Assembly: GCA_964016885.1 (NCBI GenBank)
Contig: OZ024740.1
Coordinates: forward strand, 93,248,001 to 93,312,000
Direction of reading: 5' to 3'
DNA: 64,000 nt
DNA from: Eledone cirrhosa
Lineage: Eukaryota
Position 1 is the stretch's first letter, and each line of letters begins with the position of its first letter. The translations under genes were made by a program, and so were the position numbers. Under the pieces are notes generated by a model. It made no database searches and was not told the origin of the DNA. It was given only the letters and a program-made list of their open reading frames with translations. This document shows positions 58,787 to 64,000 of this stretch, piece by piece.

Positions 58787-59765
58787 CGAGTAACCTTTGA
58801 AGTGTAGTGACCGCTGGATAGCTACCATTACTCATACATCTCGCCTCCTCAAACCACCTCTTCTATGTCTTTGATATGAATACCCCTCCGCCTCCATCGT
58901 ATTTTTTCAGGGTTATAAGGGTCTTAGCTCTGTTTCTTGACGGCTGTATCACGTGATTGATTCTCCCTTCACCTTTTCGAGATTCTATCTCGCGCATTAC
59001 ACACGTTTTTTTGAAATCCTTAATGAGGTATCCCCTTGATAAGTCGGCAGAACCTCACAAAACTCTATATCTCTATGATCTAGTGTTTTTGCATAATATT
59101 CACGAAATTACGTAGTCGGGGACTATAGAAGCAGCTAGGTATGATATATCTTATTACTAATTATATCTAATGTTTCTACTCTCTTCATAATGTACTATAT
59201 AGGTCTGATACTGAATCAGTCTAATCCATTCGGATTGTTTTGTCCCAGCTATTCATAGAGCAACATCGGTTGAGGTTGGCACCACTAACGCAGGGATATA
59301 TGTGGATATATTCATGTATATGTATATGTCCGCATGTATCTGTGTGTTTCTCTCTATATATTGTTTATAACTCCATTTGGTCGAGTAACCTTTGAAGTGT
59401 AGTGACTGCTGGATAGCCACCATTACTCATACTTCTCGCCTCCTCAAACCACCTCTTCTCCGGCTTTGATATGAATACTCCCTCCGCCTCCGTGGTATTC
59501 TTTTCAGGGTTATAAGGGCCTTAGCTCTGTTTCTTGACGGCTGTATCACGTGATTGACTCTCCCTCCGCCTTTTCAAGATTCTATCTCGCGCATTACAGA
59601 CGGGTTTGAAATCCTTAATGAGGTATCCCCTTGATAAGTAGGCAGAACCTCACAAAAACTCTATATCTCTATGATCTAGTGTTTTTGCATAATATGCCAC
59701 GAAACTACGTAGTCGGGGACCATAGAAGCAGCTAGGTATGATATATCTTATTACTAATTATATAT
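58787..59765 (+). repeat. ORF-less tandem repeat, ~595 bp x 1.6, with HHRs at 59031-59122 and 59626-59719 (retrozyme-like)
   Basis: Units start at 58787 and 59382; TCCCC-TTGATAA-GTnGGCA...TGCCAC-GAAA-CTACGTAG-TC-GGGGA. Confidence 0.88.
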
Positions 59766-59782
59766 TTATATATATAAATAAA

Positions 59783-59852
<70 letters not shown>

Positions 59853-59894
59853 TAATAACAGGTATACACCATAAAAAAGTTGATTTATTCCGAG

Positions 59895-60017
59895 TGCTTA
59901 CAAATGTTTCAACAATAGTTATACAGCCTAGTTATGCTATGTGCAAATTGGTAATTATTTTTAATTATTTGCAGTAACTGAATTTTCAAATGCTGCTTCT
60001 ACCGTTTCCGCAGAGCA
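59895..60017 (-). ncRNA. Type I HHR-like motif, core CUGCGGA, ~96 nt stem II, within TA-flanked element ~59850-60240
   Basis: TGCT-CTGCGGA-AACGGTAG...CTATTGTT-GAAA-CATTTG-TA-AGCA. Confidence 0.65.
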
Positions 60018-60821
60018 GAACGTAAGCACTCGGAATAAATTACCTTTTTTTATGATGAATACCTGTTTTCAATCATTCTTTGTTGATACTTCGGAATGCA
60101 GAAGGACCAGAAACTGAGTTTCTCCAACTATACTTCCGGAGCTCGTTGACTAACCCCTAACCGTACGTCAACTCTATCTAGTGTAGTAATTAACCATTAC
60201 AGCATTCAGGATGATCGTAAGTATTCCTTCCATAACCTAATATATATATATATATATGTATAAACTTTGCAACTTTCATGTATCTTAAGCCAGTGTTGAT
60301 GCCATGTGGCTAAAAAACTTCCTTTTAAAAAAAAGCAACTCGACAAAATATCCCCTCCACCTACATGCCGCCCTACCCGAGCCCCAATATCGACCCGCCT
60401 CACGTCACTATGCTTATGTAAGTACCTCATACCTATCTGCTTTTCCACATGTGTATATATGTATAAACACACACACACACATATATATTTATTTAATATC
60501 AGTGTATATATGTATATATATACAAAGATATTAAATAAATGGAAACTATATTTATAAAACTATATTTATTTTATTATATATATTTCACGCGTACCAGGAC
60601 AACACTTGAACGGTTTCATCAGATAACATACAAAATTTGTTTCATAAATAGAGACGTGTACATGAAAATCATTATTTATCGGTTGGAAATTCACTGGATA
60701 GTCATAGTATCATTGAATATTTACTGCAGTAAACTGTTGCGTGTTCTAAATCAGTTATAAACATATATATTTGTCGGATTCCAACAAATTAAATACCCCA
60801 TCTACTTATATATATATATAT

Positions 60822-60965
60822 ATAGGAATGAGTAGGACCCCGACGGTGAGTTCAAGCCGGTTCGACGGCTAATTCTGGACTCCAGAATTAGCCGTCGAAA
60901 CGGCTTGAGGTCAGCCGTCGGGGTCCTACTCATTCCTATTACCCACTCTACTACACTAAGTATTT
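60822..60965 (+). mobile_element. Short fold-back element, family of 4459-4640
   Basis: Palindrome 60822-60939; GAAA-CGGCT..AGCCG-TC-GGGG. Confidence 0.75.
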
Positions 60966-60977
60966 CGAACTAATAAT

Positions 60978-61459
60978 ATGGTTAATATACATTATAATAA
61001 TAATAAATCGAAATGTAATTGTAGAAATAAACCAGATTTCCCTCTTCAAAATAATTGTCTGGATAGAAATGTGGTGTATAAATACCCCGTAAAAGCAAAT
61101 AACATCACATACAACTACATAGGGGCAACTTCCTCGACATTAAAATCGAGATTTGGGAATCACAAATGCTCTTTTCGAATCCTAATAGGAAGTCTTCGAC
61201 TTCTTTATCACAGCTTATATGGTCATTAAAGGACATAAATGTAAAATACTCGATTTTCTGGACGAAGCATTGTAATAGTAGAATCTACTCGAATTCGTCA
61301 ATATCACTTACCTGCAACCTCTGTACTATGGAGACCATATTAATAATGATTAATTATGAAATCTTAATTAACCAAAAAAGTGAATTATTCTCAAACTGCC
61401 TTCATAAAGCTTTGTCTACATTCAAAGCCTCGCAAAAAGTCTGGAAAAACACTAAATGA
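60978..61459 (+). mobile_element. PLE GIY-YIG endonuclease fragment (frameshifted)
   Basis: CNCRNK..PL..NCL..NVVYK..NYIGATSSTLKSRFGNH; CNLCTMETILI..LINQKSELFSNCLH. Confidence 0.85.
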
Positions 61460-62107
61460 ACTGGTTTTAATGTTTGACATTGCTTATCAACTGTGTACCT
61501 AAAACGTTATAAGAGATTATAAAACTTTAATAATGTTTTATTTTGAATTCATTTATGATAGAATTAATGTTAGACTGAAGGGTCCTGTTTAGGTATATAA
61601 ACATATATGTTAACTTGTTCTCTTGATGAATATGCACATATTTGGATTATTTTAGATGTATATAATTTAAATTTGGATCCTTATATATTTATTTTTGTTT
61701 TTGTTTTAAATATATAATTTGGATATATAACTTGTAAGATTACCGGTTATAATTGAACTGTAAATCATTAATATATTTATATATTTTACTCATTTTGAGT
61801 ATGTTTTGGGATTCAGAAAGTTAGATTTGTACATATATATTTTTTTATATATATTTAGGTATAAATGTCACAAATTAAACTAGTCGAAAAATATTAGTCT
61901 TTCTTTCAACTGAACTGGATGTAAAATTGCAATTATAACATTACTAATAATGATTCTAATTATTTATTTATTATATGTATATCGTTTCACTAATACCTAT
62001 AATACTCTCTCTATATATTTGAACAAATGTGTTTATCTAATATAATAACATGCTCTTAGTTACATTTATAAGTAAATTGGATACTCAAATGACTCTTTAG
62101 CAGAAAG

Positions 62108-62554
62108 TGTACCAATTTAGCAGAGAGTTTATTTTAGAAGGTTGTAATGTTGCCACGAGGAACCACCTTTGGTAGAAAGATATGATATTTATATCGACAA
62201 CGACTTTAGCTTGTTTTTACATAATTTGTTAACAAAGGTTAAGAAGTGAATTAAGTTGGCATGCCAAGAATAATGTAATAATTCAATTAAGATTCCAAGA
62301 GAAAATACGGTCGACTGACTGAGGCGTTTGGCCAGGTCCGTAGTAAAATTGTTGTGTCGTTACATATTGTTTGTGCTTACGGAGCAAAAGAACAAGTGGT
62401 CGAGCTGCAAGAGTTAGATTCCCCAAATCTTCGTGGGCTATCTCTCCCTCAGGACGCGTAGGCATACATTCTCTTCTCCTGGCGCTGATTGGCTGAGCTG
62501 AGCCAAATCACGCACAGAGAATGTATGTGAGCCCGCGGTTTGTAGGTCACTACA
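62108..62554 (-). mobile_element. Putative solo LTR
   Basis: TGTA...TACA termini; homologous to 7661-8120; no clear TSD. Confidence 0.6.
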
Positions 62555-64000
62555 ACTCTCTATTGTTATTATTGTTAGATATTTCCTTAATAGTCTACAT
62601 TATATAACGATTATTACTTAATTTAATTTAACTTATTTTAATTAAATTCGGGTTACGTTCGGGTCATTCAAATCCTTAGGTCCTATTTCTATCATCTTCG
62701 TACAGACTTTAGAAGTGTTGTTAGTCTACTATTAAAAAAAAACTCTCTTGCATTTTAAACTATATTTGTTTGATATTGGGCACTTTTGTGATCGCAAACA
62801 ATTCATTATTTTTACATTTTTTCACTTTTTATTTTGAATCTAGTCCTTATCCTTAGGACTCATGAAGTTTTAACTTGTATATTTATAGTATCTATCTATT
62901 AAATGATCCTATTAAAAATAATTGATCTAGAACATTAATTTGAACATTATTTTCAGTAACTTATTTATTGTATTGTAATATGTTATGTCTAATTGAGAGG
63001 TATCATCTTAAGTCTTTAGACAATGAAATATTTGTGTATTTTTTGATAAACGCGTATATATAATTTAATAATCCAGCTTTTTTAAGTTTAATTATGAGGC
63101 ATGTTGATCCTTTAGGCATTCAAATTGTTAATCTTAAAATTCTTTAAAAAATATAACTAATTATTTTCTAAATTATATAATATAAACTATTTTCAATATA
63201 ATATAAATAATTTAATATTATATAATACACTTAGCAAAGTTTACCTTCGCGAGATTGTAAAAACATTATGTTTTGTTTCTCGTGTTTGTAAACCCATTAA
63301 ATTTGATTTCATAAAATTTGATTTTATGAATTAAATATGATAGTATACTTTAATATTAATACAGATATTTATTAACTTTTATTACCAGAAATATTATCCA
63401 TTACTCTGGACTAACACGAATTAAATGATTTGAATGTTAACGGTCAATCAGATATGTTTGGATATATATTGCATATATAGATAATTGTCTAAGAACTTGG
63501 TATTAACCTTCATATGAATACACCCTATTATATTTAAAATTCCGATTGTTGAATATTTTTAGATATTTCAATAATTCAATGAATTGAGTTTTTTCCTTTT
63601 TTCCTAAAGCTAAGTCCAAATGTTGTTCTGATTTAATATCTCCCTATATTATTACATTATAAAAGTTATTCCTCTTTATCTCTCTCTCTGTAATCAACTC
63701 TCTTTTGTTTTCTAGGCTCCTACTAGCTACATTATCCCCTCATCTGTGTCTTCCTCTATGCCTTTCTTTTCTTTCCTCTTTCTTCAGTAATTTAAATTAT
63801 TTGAATCATTAACAGTTATATTGCTGCCATGTATTTTTTTTAGCTTTCTCACACGCACCCTCTCTATTATATGTATTATATGTATTTTCTTTTTGTTTTT
63901 CATGTTTTCAATATTAAGGTATATAACTATTGAGTTATGTCATACATTACTCAATACCATAACTGAATCTTAACCATCTACTATGTCAGGGTATGTCATG

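Overview
AT-rich, microsatellite-dense eukaryotic DNA, probably from an octopod cephalopod (inferred from the repeat content). I recognise no intact host gene. The window is a nested set of decayed retroelements: Penelope-like elements (PLEs; RT plus GIY-YIG), Tx1/L1-like, Dong/R4-like, CR1-group and RTE LINEs, tRNA-derived SINEs and an LTR remnant. The most striking signal is non-coding. About nine different repeat families carry type I hammerhead-ribozyme (HHR) folds, and most of these elements sit between (TA)n tracts. They occur in PLE pseudo-LTRs, in ORF-less ~600-660 bp tandem units (retrozyme-like) and in fold-back elements. Several have variant cores (UUGAUAA/UUGAAAA with a U3-A8 swap, CAGAAGA, CCGAUGA, CUGCGGA), very long stem II arms (55-96 nt) and palindromic stem III. 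One family shows stem I covariation between copies. Fold-back junctions tend to fall in stem II or at the cleavage site. All folds were read by eye, and no ribozyme activity is demonstrated.
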